Source of the DNA: Oscillospiraceae bacterium
Lineage (GTDB): Bacteria > Bacillota > Clostridia > Oscillospirales > CAG-382
Length of the DNA: 64,000 nucleotides
Assembly: GCA_015065165.1 (NCBI GenBank)
Contig: SVQU01000006.1
Span: 10,081 to 74,080 of the forward strand
Direction: 5' to 3'
Under the pieces are notes generated by a model that worked only from the letters and a program-made list of their open reading frames with translations, did not search any database and was not told the DNA's origin. Both the position numbers and the translations under genes were made by a program. This document shows positions 33,007 to 42,256 of the stretch, piece by piece (position 1 is the first letter of the stretch; the number at the start of each line of letters is the position of its first letter).

Positions 33007-35349
33007 ATGAATAAATACGAAGGCTTTGTAGGAAAAGTCCTTGACGGAAGATACAAGATATTGGAGCTTGTGGGTTTAGGCGGAATGGCTTGCGTTTTAA
33101 AGGCGCAGGACCTTGTTATGAACCGCATTGTTGCAATAAAGATACTTAACGACGAATATAACGGTAACGAAACTGCGGAAGCAAGATTTATTGACGAATC
33201 GAAGGCGGTTGCCATGCTTTCCAACAAAAATATCGTTAGCGTTTATGACGTTGCGATTTATCCCGACATTAAGTATATCGTTATGGAATATCTTGACGGT
33301 ATTACTTTAAGGGAATATTTAGACAACAAGGGCAATATCGATTGGAAAGAAGCCTGTTTTTACATTTTGCAGATTCTACGCGCTCTTGAGCATGCCCACA
33401 GCAAGGGAATTATTCACCGCGACATAAAGCCTCAAAACGTTATGTTGATGAAAAACGGTGATATTAAGGTTACCGACTTCGGCATTGCAAAATTGCCCGA
33501 TTCGGTTGCCGAGGAAAAGGACGAAAAGGCTGTCGGTACGGTTTATTATATCTCGCCCGAGCAGGCATGCGGAAAGGATACCGATTATTATTCCGACCTT
33601 TATTCCGTTGGTATTATGCTTTACGAAGCAGTTACGGGTACACTTCCCTTCACTGCCGAAACGCCTATGGAAATCGCGATGATGCAGGTTAACGATACGC
33701 CTGTTCATCCCCGTGATATTGTTATTGATATCCCCGTTGGTGTTGCGCAGATTATTTTGAAGGCTATGGAAAAATCTCCTGAGGAACGCTTCCAATCGGC
33801 GCACACAATGGCAAAGGCTATCGAATGGGTTTTGAGATATCCCGACGTTATTTTTGCTATGACGCCTGCGGGCGAAGAAGAAAACCCCGTTAGCAACAGC
33901 AGTGTGGTTTCTATCGATATGATTTCCACCGCAGAGCTTGAACCCTTTGAAAGTGAAGACCTTGCGGAATCCTTGGGCAAGCCTAAGGACCCTATCCCCA
34001 CCAAAAAGGAAATTACGGGCAAGAAAAAAGCCAATACAAACAAAAAGAAGAAAAAGAAAAAGCAAAAGAGAAGCACCTCGATGTTCCCGATTATTTTCGG
34101 TATTGTTTCGGCTTTTTTGATTATTTTGGTGTTGGTTGTCTTTACCTACATTATGAACCTTCCCGGCGAGGGTTCGTTGATTGACAGATTTGTTAACCAT
34201 TTCTTCTCACCTGCGAGCAGCAGCAGTAGCGAAGCAGTTTTCCCCAATTTGGTTGGTGAAAGCTATACCGTTGACCTTAAGACCAATCTTTTGAACGGTA
34301 AAGGCTACGGCGCGAAATTTGTTATTGACGAAAAGATTGTTGAATACGTAAGCAACGAGGATTACGAAAACAACGTTATTGTGGAAACCGAGCCAAAATA
34401 TGGTGATATCGGTAAAATCGGCGCAGACGGCAAGCTTCATTTTACACAGGTGCTGGTTAACCGTCTTGACCAGGTTGAGTTGCCTTACCTTGGCGGTTTT
34501 TCCAAGAGCGAGGCGAAAACCGCGCTTTTATCACTTGGTTTCCCCAGTGAAAATATTGTTTTCGTGGAAAGCGGTGATTGCGACAACCCGTTCTATGAAA
34601 ACGAACAGGTTATAGGCACAGAGCCCAAGCAAGGCACGAAGGTTAAGGTTAGCGAAACCGTTAACATTATCGTTTTCAACCGTGCCGCAACCGAAACCAC
34701 CGACTCGATGCCCAACCTTATCGGCAGAACAAAGGAAGATGCTTTGAAATTTGCCGAGGTTTATGCTAAATTCAAGGTTGTTTTTGAAGAACAGCCTATG
34801 GCAGACGGAAACTTTACAGTTATTCAGCAAAGCATTCCCGAGGGCGAAAAACACCCCTTGGGTACTGAGGTTATCGTTACCATAAGCGTTCCCCCTGCCC
34901 TTATGCCCGACTTTATGAATATGACCGCAACCGAGGTTGCCACAACAATTAACACGGGCAACGGAAGCAAGCCGTTGAATATTTCGGCTTCGGGGTTGTA
35001 TTTTAGTATGGACGTATCGATGAAGAGCATTATTGAAAGCGAAATTTCCAGCGCATCCAATACAAACGACGTTGTTTCGCTTTTGATAATTTACGGCGCA
35101 AACCAGTTGATAACCTATGATGAAAACTGCCACGTATATTACCAGAGCGTTGAACCGCAAACCGAAATTTCTACCGACGGAGTTCAGCCTGTAGACCTTG
35201 TATTTATTAAGTTTATCGGCGAAGAATTAAACCCTCCCGAGGGCGAAGTTCCCGAGGGTGAAACACCCGAAGGCGAAGCACCCGAAGGTGAAGTTCCCGA
35301 GGGTGAAACCCCTGACGCAGAAACACCCGTTGACGGAGGCGCGGCTTGA
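33007..35349 (+). CDS. pknB: PASTA-domain Ser/Thr protein kinase (Stk1/PrkC)
   Basis: HRDIKPQN, DFG, YISPEQ, one TM, PASTA-like repeats. Confidence 0.93.
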   Translation: MNKYEGFVGKVLDGRYKILELVGLGGMACVLKAQDLVMNRIVAIKILNDEYNGNETAEARFIDESKAVAMLSNKNIVSVYDVAIYPDIKYIVMEYLDGITLREYLDNKGNIDWKEACFYILQILRALEHAHSKGIIHRDIKPQNVMLMKNGDIKVTDFGIAKLPDSVAEEKDEKAVGTVYYISPEQACGKDTDYYSDLYSVGIMLYEAVTGTLPFTAETPMEIAMMQVNDTPVHPRDIVIDIPVGVAQIILKAMEKSPEERFQSAHTMAKAIEWVLRYPDVIFAMTPAGEEENPVSNSSVVSIDMISTAELEPFESEDLAESLGKPKDPIPTKKEITGKKKANTNKKKKKKKQKRSTSMFPIIFGIVSAFLIILVLVVFTYIMNLPGEGSLIDRFVNHFFSPASSSSSEAVFPNLVGESYTVDLKTNLLNGKGYGAKFVIDEKIVEYVSNEDYENNVIVETEPKYGDIGKIGADGKLHFTQVLVNRLDQVELPYLGGFSKSEAKTALLSLGFPSENIVFVESGDCDNPFYENEQVIGTEPKQGTKVKVSETVNIIVFNRAATETTDSMPNLIGRTKEDALKFAEVYAKFKVVFEEQPMADGNFTVIQQSIPEGEKHPLGTEVIVTISVPPALMPDFMNMTATEVATTINTGNGSKPLNISASGLYFSMDVSMKSIIESEISSASNTNDVVSLLIIYGANQLITYDENCHVYYQSVEPQTEISTDGVQPVDLVFIKFIGEELNPPEGEVPEGETPEGEAPEGEVPEGETPDAETPVDGGAA
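35236..35328 (+). repeat. In-frame 15-bp tandem repeat encoding (PEGEx)n at the kinase C-terminus
   Basis: cccgagggcgaagtt/cccgagggtgaaaca/cccgaaggcgaagca..., about 6 units. Confidence 0.85.
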
Positions 35350-36233
35350 GCATTATTGAAAAGGAAGGGCTTGTGCTCTCTGCCTCGAACGGATTTTATA
35401 GTTTGGAATGCGACGGAAGCAAATATATTTGCCGTTGCGGAACCAAGATTCGCAAAACCGACGGACGGATTCTTGCGGGCGACAGAGTTATTTTTAGAGA
35501 TAACGGCGACGGAAAGGGTTTTATCGTTTCGTTAGTGCCCCGCAGGAATTCACTTGTTCGCCCACCTGTTGCCAACATTGATTTATTGGCGATGGTGGTT
35601 GCACCCAAGGACCCGATGCCTTATTTATACAACATCGATTTATTAACGGTTATTGCCACAAAATACAACATTGAATGTGCGGTTATTATCACAAAGAGCG
35701 ACCTTGAGGATTGCTCGGAGATTCGCAGAATTTATGAAAAAACCCCGTTTAAGGTTGTGGAAACAAGCTCGAGGATGGGTTTGGGGGCAGATAACGTTAA
35801 GGAATTGCTTAAGGGCAAGGTTTGTGTTTTGTGCGGTGCTTCGGGGGTTGGTAAATCCACCTTGATTAACACTGTTTTTCCTCACCTTGACCTTGAAACG
35901 GGCGAGCTTTCGGAAAAAATTTCCCGCGGTAAGAACACAACTAGAGTTACAGAGCTGTTCCCTTTAGGTGATAACACTTATCTTGCGGACACCCCCGGTT
36001 TCAGCGCAGTAAACACCGAGCTTTATTGTGCAATTGAACACGGCGAGCTTTATACCCTATTTCCCGAATTTGCGGAATATACCGCCGATTGCAGGTATAC
36101 GGATTGCACCCACACCAAGGAAACCGAATGCGGTGTGGCGAAAGCTGTTGAAAAGGGTTTGATTTCGTCGGAACGGCAGGAAAGCTATAAAAAGCTTTAT
36201 ACCGAATTGAAAAATATAAACAGATATAAATAA
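35346..36233 (+). CDS. rsgA: Ribosome small subunit-dependent GTPase A
   Basis: RPPVANID, GASGVGKST, DTPG, CxxxxCxH...C. Confidence 0.96.
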   Translation: MSIIEKEGLVLSASNGFYSLECDGSKYICRCGTKIRKTDGRILAGDRVIFRDNGDGKGFIVSLVPRRNSLVRPPVANIDLLAMVVAPKDPMPYLYNIDLLTVIATKYNIECAVIITKSDLEDCSEIRRIYEKTPFKVVETSSRMGLGADNVKELLKGKVCVLCGASGVGKSTLINTVFPHLDLETGELSEKISRGKNTTRVTELFPLGDNTYLADTPGFSAVNTELYCAIEHGELYTLFPEFAEYTADCRYTDCTHTKETECGVAKAVEKGLISSERQESYKKLYTELKNINRYK

Positions 36234-36246
36234 TTAGGAGGACTAT

Positions 36247-36942
36247 ATGTTTATAGGCTTTTATTCATTAGCCAACAGCATTACTTTGTTCGGCTTGGCT
36301 TTATCTCTTACATCTTGTTTTCTTGCGGCAGGCGGTAATTTTAAGTTTGCCGTATACCTTATGTTTTTAGCGTGTATTTGCGATATGTGCGACGGTACGA
36401 TTGCAAGAAACAGCAAGGAACGCACAAAGCCCGAAAGTTTTTACGGTATTCAGCTTGACAGCCTTTGCGACATTGTAAGCTTTGGCGTTACACCCTGTTT
36501 TGTGGCTTATTCCTTTGGTTTTAAAGGCGTTTTGGACGTTATCATTTATTTGATTTTCGTTATTTGCGGTGTTACAAGATTGGCTTATTTCAACACGCTT
36601 GCCAACTTCAAGCCTCAAAACGGTAAAAAGACCTTTAAGGGCGTGCCGATTCCTATGTCGGTGTTTGTGGTAACCTTTTTGTTTATGCTTACAACCTTTA
36701 TTCCCGCAAGTGTTTGCGTTTGGTTGTTCAGGCTTGGTTATCTCGCCGTTGCGATTTCTTTCGTACTTAACGTAACCGTTAATAAGCCCGACAAGAAAAA
36801 GGCTTTGATTTTGATTGCTATTGAAATTATTATGCTGCTTGTTTTGGTTATTGCGCCTGCTTGCAAGACTCCCGAGAATGCAGTGGTAACCGATGCGGAA
36901 ACCGAGGTTAGCGAAACGGTTTCGGACGGCGAAAGCGAATAA
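36247..36942 (+). CDS. CDP-alcohol phosphatidyltransferase (PssA-like)
   Basis: DxxDGxxAR...GxxLDSLCD motif. Confidence 0.9.
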   Translation: MFIGFYSLANSITLFGLALSLTSCFLAAGGNFKFAVYLMFLACICDMCDGTIARNSKERTKPESFYGIQLDSLCDIVSFGVTPCFVAYSFGFKGVLDVIIYLIFVICGVTRLAYFNTLANFKPQNGKKTFKGVPIPMSVFVVTFLFMLTTFIPASVCVWLFRLGYLAVAISFVLNVTVNKPDKKKALILIAIEIIMLLVLVIAPACKTPENAVVTDAETEVSETVSDGESE

Positions 36943-36949
36943 GGACGAT

Positions 36950-36980
36950 AAAAACCACGATGAAATTCATCGTGGTTTTT
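36950..36980. terminator. Bidirectional intrinsic terminator
   Basis: aaaaaccacgatgaa-a-ttcatcgtggttttt. Confidence 0.75.
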
Positions 36981-36988
36981 CTTATACA

Positions 36989-37057
36989 CGGTGCGTCGGG
37001 GACGCCGCACCCTACGAAAATAGAATTGCGGTGCGTCGGGGACGCCGCACCCTACGA
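36989..37057 (-). repeat. Two identical 29-bp GTAG-type REP-like palindromes in direct orientation (40-bp period)
   Basis: cggtgcgtcggggacgccgcaccctacga at 36989 and 37029; minus strand GTAG + GC-rich hairpin. Confidence 0.8.
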
Positions 37058-37074
37058 TAGTATGATACAGACGA

Positions 37075-37109
37075 ACAAAACACCGAGGGTTTAACCCTCG
37101 GTGTTTTGT
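37075..37109. terminator. Intrinsic terminator
   Basis: acaaaacaccgagggtt-t-aaccctcggtgttttgt. Confidence 0.7.
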
Positions 37110-37190
37110 GTTTTGTTCGTTGTGAAAAGACTGAAAAATGCAATACGTATTGTCTTTGTTTTTAATGGTTATCAGACAAGTCTTGTAAAT

Positions 37191-37895
37191 TTATTCTTCA
37201 ACAGTGAAAAGGTCGAAGTAAGCACGCTTCATAAGTGCGCTGTCAACAGCATCGATTTCGAGGTTGTTGTTAAGGTCGCCCTTGTTGCAATACATATCTG
37301 CTTCGTTATAGGTGCCGAAGTAAGCGCGCTTAACGGTGATATAGTCCATTGTGTCGAAAACGTTGTCGAAGTTAACATCGCAGGGGACTTCTTCGATAGT
37401 AGCATCAATGCTACCTACTTCTGCAAGGTGAGGATTAAGAATAAAATCGTATTCTGCAAATGCCGCTTTTGCTTCGTCAATTGTATAAAAATCGGTGGTT
37501 ATGATGGTGTAAATTTGATTTTTGGGACCGTTTCTGAGCCATACTTTAAGCAAATCTTCAGATAAGGTATCTTCGAAGCAGGTGATTCTGAGAATTTCAA
37601 CGCCGTAGAAATCCTTAGCTTCGCCGATTTTATATGCGGAGATATCAAGTTTTTCTTCTGTTTCAAATCTAATCATATAAGGAACACATCTGTTGCCGTC
37701 GAGATAGCGGTCGGGAACTAACCAGCCATCTTTGAGGCGATATTCAAGAGTATATCCGTTTTCCTTGGCGGTTTCTTCGTTGAGCATTAATTCAAAACCC
37801 TCTTCATCAACAACCATTTGCATTTTAGCATTTGCCGTGATACAGCAAGCCGTAAGCATAATAAGCGCGCATAATAAAGCAATAATCTTTTTCAT
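37191..37895 (-). CDS. Secreted protein with C-terminal dockerin
   Basis: Signal peptide; DVNFDNVFDTMDY and GDLNNNLEIDAVD repeats. Confidence 0.8.
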   Translation of the reverse strand: MKKIIALLCALIMLTACCITANAKMQMVVDEEGFELMLNEETAKENGYTLEYRLKDGWLVPDRYLDGNRCVPYMIRFETEEKLDISAYKIGEAKDFYGVEILRITCFEDTLSEDLLKVWLRNGPKNQIYTIITTDFYTIDEAKAAFAEYDFILNPHLAEVGSIDATIEEVPCDVNFDNVFDTMDYITVKRAYFGTYNEADMYCNKGDLNNNLEIDAVDSALMKRAYFDLFTVEE

Positions 37896-38011
37896 AATTA
37901 AATTCCTTTCTTAATTTGAATTTTTGTTTGGGTGATGCGCTTTTATGATTTTCTGCGGGTAAACGCAGTAATCATTTAAAAATGTGTTTTGGGTTTTATT
38001 TCCCTGTTCAC

Positions 38012-38045
38012 TATAAATATGTCGTTACAATTGGCATTGTCTATT
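38012..38045 (-). promoter_or_regulatory. Putative ECF-sigma promoter copy 1 (AATAGACA-N13-CGACATAT)
   Basis: Motif repeated in front of all three genes of the locus. Confidence 0.65.
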
Positions 38046-38079
38046 CGTATTGGGAATTTTTTTAATTTTTTTAATTTTT

Positions 38080-38955
38080 TTAATCTTCAAGCACTTTTAA
38101 ATTATCAATAATTAAAATTAAATCATCATAATTTCCAGCTTGTATAGAATAATAATCCCCGTTATAATAACTAAGTGCACGATAACTGTCATTTCTTTGA
38201 TAAACGTGATATTTTACTCCGTTCACCTCATAAAAATCGTCGTGTTGCGCCCATTTATCCTCATTTGGGGCATTTCTCTCTATACCTATTTGTATGTCTT
38301 TGTCGTTGGTTAATATAAAGATATGATCTGTTCCACGTTCACTTTTATCTGATGATATCATATCTATGGTAACATTTTCGGGGAATTTTGTAGGGTATAG
38401 AATATCCCAGTTTTTTTCTTCTCTTATTTCTTCTAAAGAAGAATAATATTTAACTTCACTAGCATGATAAAAGGTAAAGCCCTCGATATCTTTTCTTGCG
38501 CCGTCTTCCTGCGAGATTATTTTGCGAATTTCTTCGGAGATATTCACCCCATAGGCGCTTGCAACGCCAACGGTTGTTGCGGATAAAATTAAAAATACCG
38601 CGGCAATTATGGCAATGTGCTTTAGCGAGAAGCGTCTTTGCTTTTGGGTGTGTTTGGGTTGGGTTTGGTGGGGATTGATAACTTCGACGTGATCTTTAAG
38701 AGTTTTATCAACAAGAGAAGCAAAGTCGAGTGTGGTTTTGAGAGTTTCGGTTTCGTAATTCTCTTTAGCGGTGAGAAGCTCTGAACAACAGGTTATAAGC
38801 TCCATATCGCCGCTGCCATGGCAGAGCAATTCGGTTTCGTAAGCCAAAAGCTGTTCTAACGCGGTGGTGCTTAGAGATTGGAGAGTTAGAACGTTTTTGG
38901 TTAACTGCTCTCTAAGTTCTTGGGCGGTCAGATTATCATAATTGATTTTATCCAC
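38080..38955 (-). CDS. Probable transmembrane anti-sigma factor
   Basis: Single central TM, extracellular domain, directly downstream of an ECF sigma. Confidence 0.7.
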   Translation of the reverse strand: MDKINYDNLTAQELREQLTKNVLTLQSLSTTALEQLLAYETELLCHGSGDMELITCCSELLTAKENYETETLKTTLDFASLVDKTLKDHVEVINPHQTQPKHTQKQRRFSLKHIAIIAAVFLILSATTVGVASAYGVNISEEIRKIISQEDGARKDIEGFTFYHASEVKYYSSLEEIREEKNWDILYPTKFPENVTIDMISSDKSERGTDHIFILTNDKDIQIGIERNAPNEDKWAQHDDFYEVNGVKYHVYQRNDSYRALSYYNGDYYSIQAGNYDDLILIIDNLKVLED

Positions 38956-38972
38956 TTTTTTACCTCCTTCGT

Positions 38973-39006
38973 TATAAATATGTTATAAAAGGTCAACCTG
39001 TCTATT
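38973..39006 (-). promoter_or_regulatory. Putative ECF-sigma promoter copy 2 (degenerate -10)
   Basis: AATAGACA-N13-TAACATAT. Confidence 0.5.
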
Positions 39007-39012
39007 TTGATT

Positions 39013-39567
39013 TTAAAAATCACAGGAATTAATTGCGTTTTTTATTTTATTCTTTAGAGTTATGCTTATTGTTCTAACGGTGCTGGCGCTTATATTTAGT
39101 TTTTCGGCGACCTGTTTTGAGGTTAGTTTTTCTATATAAATAAGGTTATAAATTTCTCGTTCGTGGGGTGTTAGGATATTTAACAGTTTTTCTATACTGT
39201 TATTTTCCAGCCAGACTTTAAAAATAACTTCCTCATAGCCCATTTCTTCACAAGGCGAATCCGAAACCTCTTGTTCGGCGGTATTATTGGTTTTGGTGGC
39301 AATTTTTCTTGCCATATTTATCGCCGCGTTACGGGCGGCAACCACAACCCAAGCGTTTGGGTTTTCGTGGGTTTCCAAAACAGCGATTTTTTGGCAGGCG
39401 ATAAGACAAACGTCGCCAAAACAATCGTCGCCGTGTTGATAATAATTATCCTGCAGGACAGATTTTATCTGCGCTTTTATGATAAATTCGTTTTTTATAA
39501 TTAGGTTTTTGACAAATTCCGCCTGTTGGGGGGTGAGTTTAATTGAATTATCATCAACTTTTTTCAA
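39013..39567 (-). CDS. ECF-type sigma-70 factor
   Basis: Region 2 (NAWVVVAARNAAIN) and region 4 HTH (LTPHEREIY...KQVAEKLNISASTVR). Confidence 0.85.
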   Translation of the reverse strand: MKKVDDNSIKLTPQQAEFVKNLIIKNEFIIKAQIKSVLQDNYYQHGDDCFGDVCLIACQKIAVLETHENPNAWVVVAARNAAINMARKIATKTNNTAEQEVSDSPCEEMGYEEVIFKVWLENNSIEKLLNILTPHEREIYNLIYIEKLTSKQVAEKLNISASTVRTISITLKNKIKNAINSCDF

Positions 39568-39629
39568 GGTTTCGCCTCCTTTCTATGGGTTTATAGGTGG
39601 GGTTTGGTATAAATTGAAACTTTTTACAT

Positions 39630-39663
39630 ATTATATATGTCGTTAAAACGTGTATTGTCTATT
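39630..39663 (-). promoter_or_regulatory. Putative ECF-sigma promoter copy 3 (autoregulatory)
   Basis: AATAGACA-N13-CGACATAT. Confidence 0.65.
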
Positions 39664-39860
39664 GGGGGTTGAAAATTTTTGCGATTTTTTTATTTTTTGG
39701 TTTATTTTTTAATTTTCGTTAGAAAATCCCTCGGTTGGTTTTGCGGTACGTCAGGGATGCAATCACACCCCAAAAATCTGCGATTTTCGGGGACCACGTT
39801 TGTCGCAGACGGAAATAAAAAACCCAAGTTATGCAAAAATAACTTGGGTTTAATTATTAT

Positions 39861-40967
39861 TTATTCGTAATCAACAAACATCAAGGGGTTTACGGGAACG
39901 TTATCGATACGAACCTCGAAATGGAGGTGGGGACCGAAGGAATAGCCTGTGTTACCGATAAGGCCGATTTCTTCGCCTGCTTCAACGATATCGCCGGGTT
40001 CTACCAAGCATTGGTTAAGGTGGGCATACAGGGTTGTTATACCGTCGCCGTGGTCGATAATAACACAATTGCCATAGCCGTTGCGAGAATCCTTGGCGTT
40101 GATAACAACACCTGCGCTGGCGGCAACAACAGCATCTTTAAAGCATCCGCCGTTTCTGCAGATATCAAGGCCGTTATGGTTTGTGCCCCAACGATAGCCG
40201 AAATAGGAGGAAATAACCAAGCCGTCCTCGGGATTATAAGGTCTGACAAAGTTTGCAAGAGATGCGGTTGTCATACCGTCTGCACTTGTGCCGACACGGA
40301 CAATTTCTTCTACCGCTTGGGTGGTAACCTCCAAGCAAAGGGGGTTACGGCTTATTTCAACACCGTTAAGAGAAGTGATTTCGTAGGTTTGGATACCCTC
40401 GCCGTTAAAGCCTTCTTGAACCACCTTGGTGGTACCGTCCTTCATAGAATCGGTATAAACGGTTTTTGTTTCGTAATCGAGAACTACGTTTTCGCTATAA
40501 GTAGAAACAGAAGTAACCGAAAGGTTAACAGGAAGCTGTTCGCCCGAATAGTTAAAAACGCTTTCACCCATAAGGGATGCGATATCTTCGACATAGGTTT
40601 CGGATGAATAATCACCGAAAATAATTTCAACACTATTGTTGAAGCTGTTATTTAAAGAAGCATCGATACCAAAGGAAGCAACACGGTTTGCCAAAGAGGC
40701 GGCAACAACGTTGTTTGCTTGTTCGGAAGTGTGGGTGGCGGCAACAAAATAGCCGTCAACATAAATACCGTATCCTGCGAAAATTTCGGGTGATGTTTCC
40801 ACTTCGTCTGCGATGCTTTCGGTTGATGATATTTCTTGAATTTCGGGTTCGGCAGTATTACCTGCAAAAGCGAAAACACAAGAAAGAGCAACAACAAAAG
40901 CGAGAACAGACAAAACTGTTATTTTATTTTTAAGTATCTTTTGTAAATTGACTGATATGTTCGCCAA
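39861..40967 (-). CDS. G5 + M23 peptidoglycan endopeptidase
   Basis: HNGLD, YAHL, GPHLHFE; G5-like VQEGFNG; TTG start after ggagg. Confidence 0.9.
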   Translation of the reverse strand: MANISVNLQKILKNKITVLSVLAFVVALSCVFAFAGNTAEPEIQEISSTESIADEVETSPEIFAGYGIYVDGYFVAATHTSEQANNVVAASLANRVASFGIDASLNNSFNNSVEIIFGDYSSETYVEDIASLMGESVFNYSGEQLPVNLSVTSVSTYSENVVLDYETKTVYTDSMKDGTTKVVQEGFNGEGIQTYEITSLNGVEISRNPLCLEVTTQAVEEIVRVGTSADGMTTASLANFVRPYNPEDGLVISSYFGYRWGTNHNGLDICRNGGCFKDAVVAASAGVVINAKDSRNGYGNCVIIDHGDGITTLYAHLNQCLVEPGDIVEAGEEIGLIGNTGYSFGPHLHFEVRIDNVPVNPLMFVDYE

Positions 40968-41123
40968 AAGCGCAACCTCCGCCATATAATTCTTAGGTAT
41001 TATACAGGATAAATATGAACAGATTGTTAACACAAATTAAACTTTTTTCGGTAGAGTTTTGGCGCAGACGCATATATTAGGTAAAATCAAGGGGTTTTAT
41101 AAGATTTAATTTAACAAAAACTA

Positions 41124-41152
41124 TTGAAAATAAAAATAAAGAGATGTATAAT
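41124..41152 (+). promoter_or_regulatory. Sigma-A promoter TTGAAA-17-TATAAT for ilvE
   Basis: Consensus spacing. Confidence 0.7.
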
Positions 41153-41191
41153 GTCAGTTGTAATAAATTGTTTTGAAAGGCTTTTTTAGTT

Positions 41192-42256
41192 ATGGAAATC
41201 AAACGTACACTTACTACCGAACCCAAGGCTAAACCCACAGGCGCTTTAGGTTTCGGCAAAATATTTACCGACCATATGTTTATTATGGACTACTCTACCG
41301 AAATGGGTTGGCACGATGCAAGAATCGTTCCCTTTGGTGAAATTTCTCTTTCCCCTGCGAGCATGGTTTTCCACTATGGTCAGGAAATGTTCGAGGGTAT
41401 GAAGGCTTACAAGACTAAGGACGGCAGAATACTTTTGTTCCGTCCTGAGAAGAATATTGAAAGAATGAACAACACCAACGTGAGAATGTGTATTCCCCAG
41501 GTTGATATGAAGGACGTTCTTACCGCTATTGAGGAGCTTGTTTTGGTTGACCAGGATTGGATTCCCACCGAGCCCGGCACTTCTCTTTACATCCGTCCCT
41601 TTATTATCGCTACCGACCCCTTCCTTGGTGTTCATCCTTCCCACACTTATAAGTTTATGATAATCCTCTCCCCCGTTGGTGCATATTATGCGGGCGGTTT
41701 GGCTCCCGTTAAGATTTGCGTTGAGGATGAATACGTTCGCGCAGTTAAGGGCGGTACAGGTTATGCTAAGGTTGGCGGTAACTATGCGGCTTCCTTGAAG
41801 GGTCAGGAAAAGGCAGAAGAAAAGGGTTATGCTCAGGTTCTTTGGCTTGACGGTATCGAGCACAAATACATCGACGAGGTTGGCGCCATGAACGTATTTT
41901 TCGTTATCGGCGACAAGGTTGTTACTCCTAAGCTCGAAGGCAACATTCTTCCCGGTGTTACCAGAGATTCTGTTATTAACTATCTTACCGCAAAGGGTTA
42001 TTCTGTTGAAGAACGCAGAATTTCCATTGACGAGGTATATGAAGCAGGTATGAACGGCGAGCTTAAGGAAATGTTCGGTACAGGTACTGCGGCTGTTATC
42101 TCCCCTGTTGGTCTTCTTGACTGGCACGGCAAGATTTTGAACATTAACAACGGCGAAATCGGTGAAATCGCGCAGATGCTTTATGATGATATCACCGGTA
42201 TTCAGTTTGGCGAAAAGAAAGATGATTTTGGATGGAGCCACGAAATAAAGAGATAA
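41192..42256 (+). CDS. ilvE: Branched-chain amino acid aminotransferase
   Basis: HYGQEMFEGMKAY, LYIRPF, KVGGNYA, LPGVTR, GTAAVI. Confidence 0.97.
   Translation: MEIKRTLTTEPKAKPTGALGFGKIFTDHMFIMDYSTEMGWHDARIVPFGEISLSPASMVFHYGQEMFEGMKAYKTKDGRILLFRPEKNIERMNNTNVRMCIPQVDMKDVLTAIEELVLVDQDWIPTEPGTSLYIRPFIIATDPFLGVHPSHTYKFMIILSPVGAYYAGGLAPVKICVEDEYVRAVKGGTGYAKVGGNYAASLKGQEKAEEKGYAQVLWLDGIEHKYIDEVGAMNVFFVIGDKVVTPKLEGNILPGVTRDSVINYLTAKGYSVEERRISIDEVYEAGMNGELKEMFGTGTAAVISPVGLLDWHGKILNINNGEIGEIAQMLYDDITGIQFGEKKDDFGWSHEIKR

Noticed and set aside
36989-37057. Mini CRISPR array
   Set aside because: Only two repeats with an 11-bp spacer, no cas genes; a GTAG-hairpin REP explains it better.
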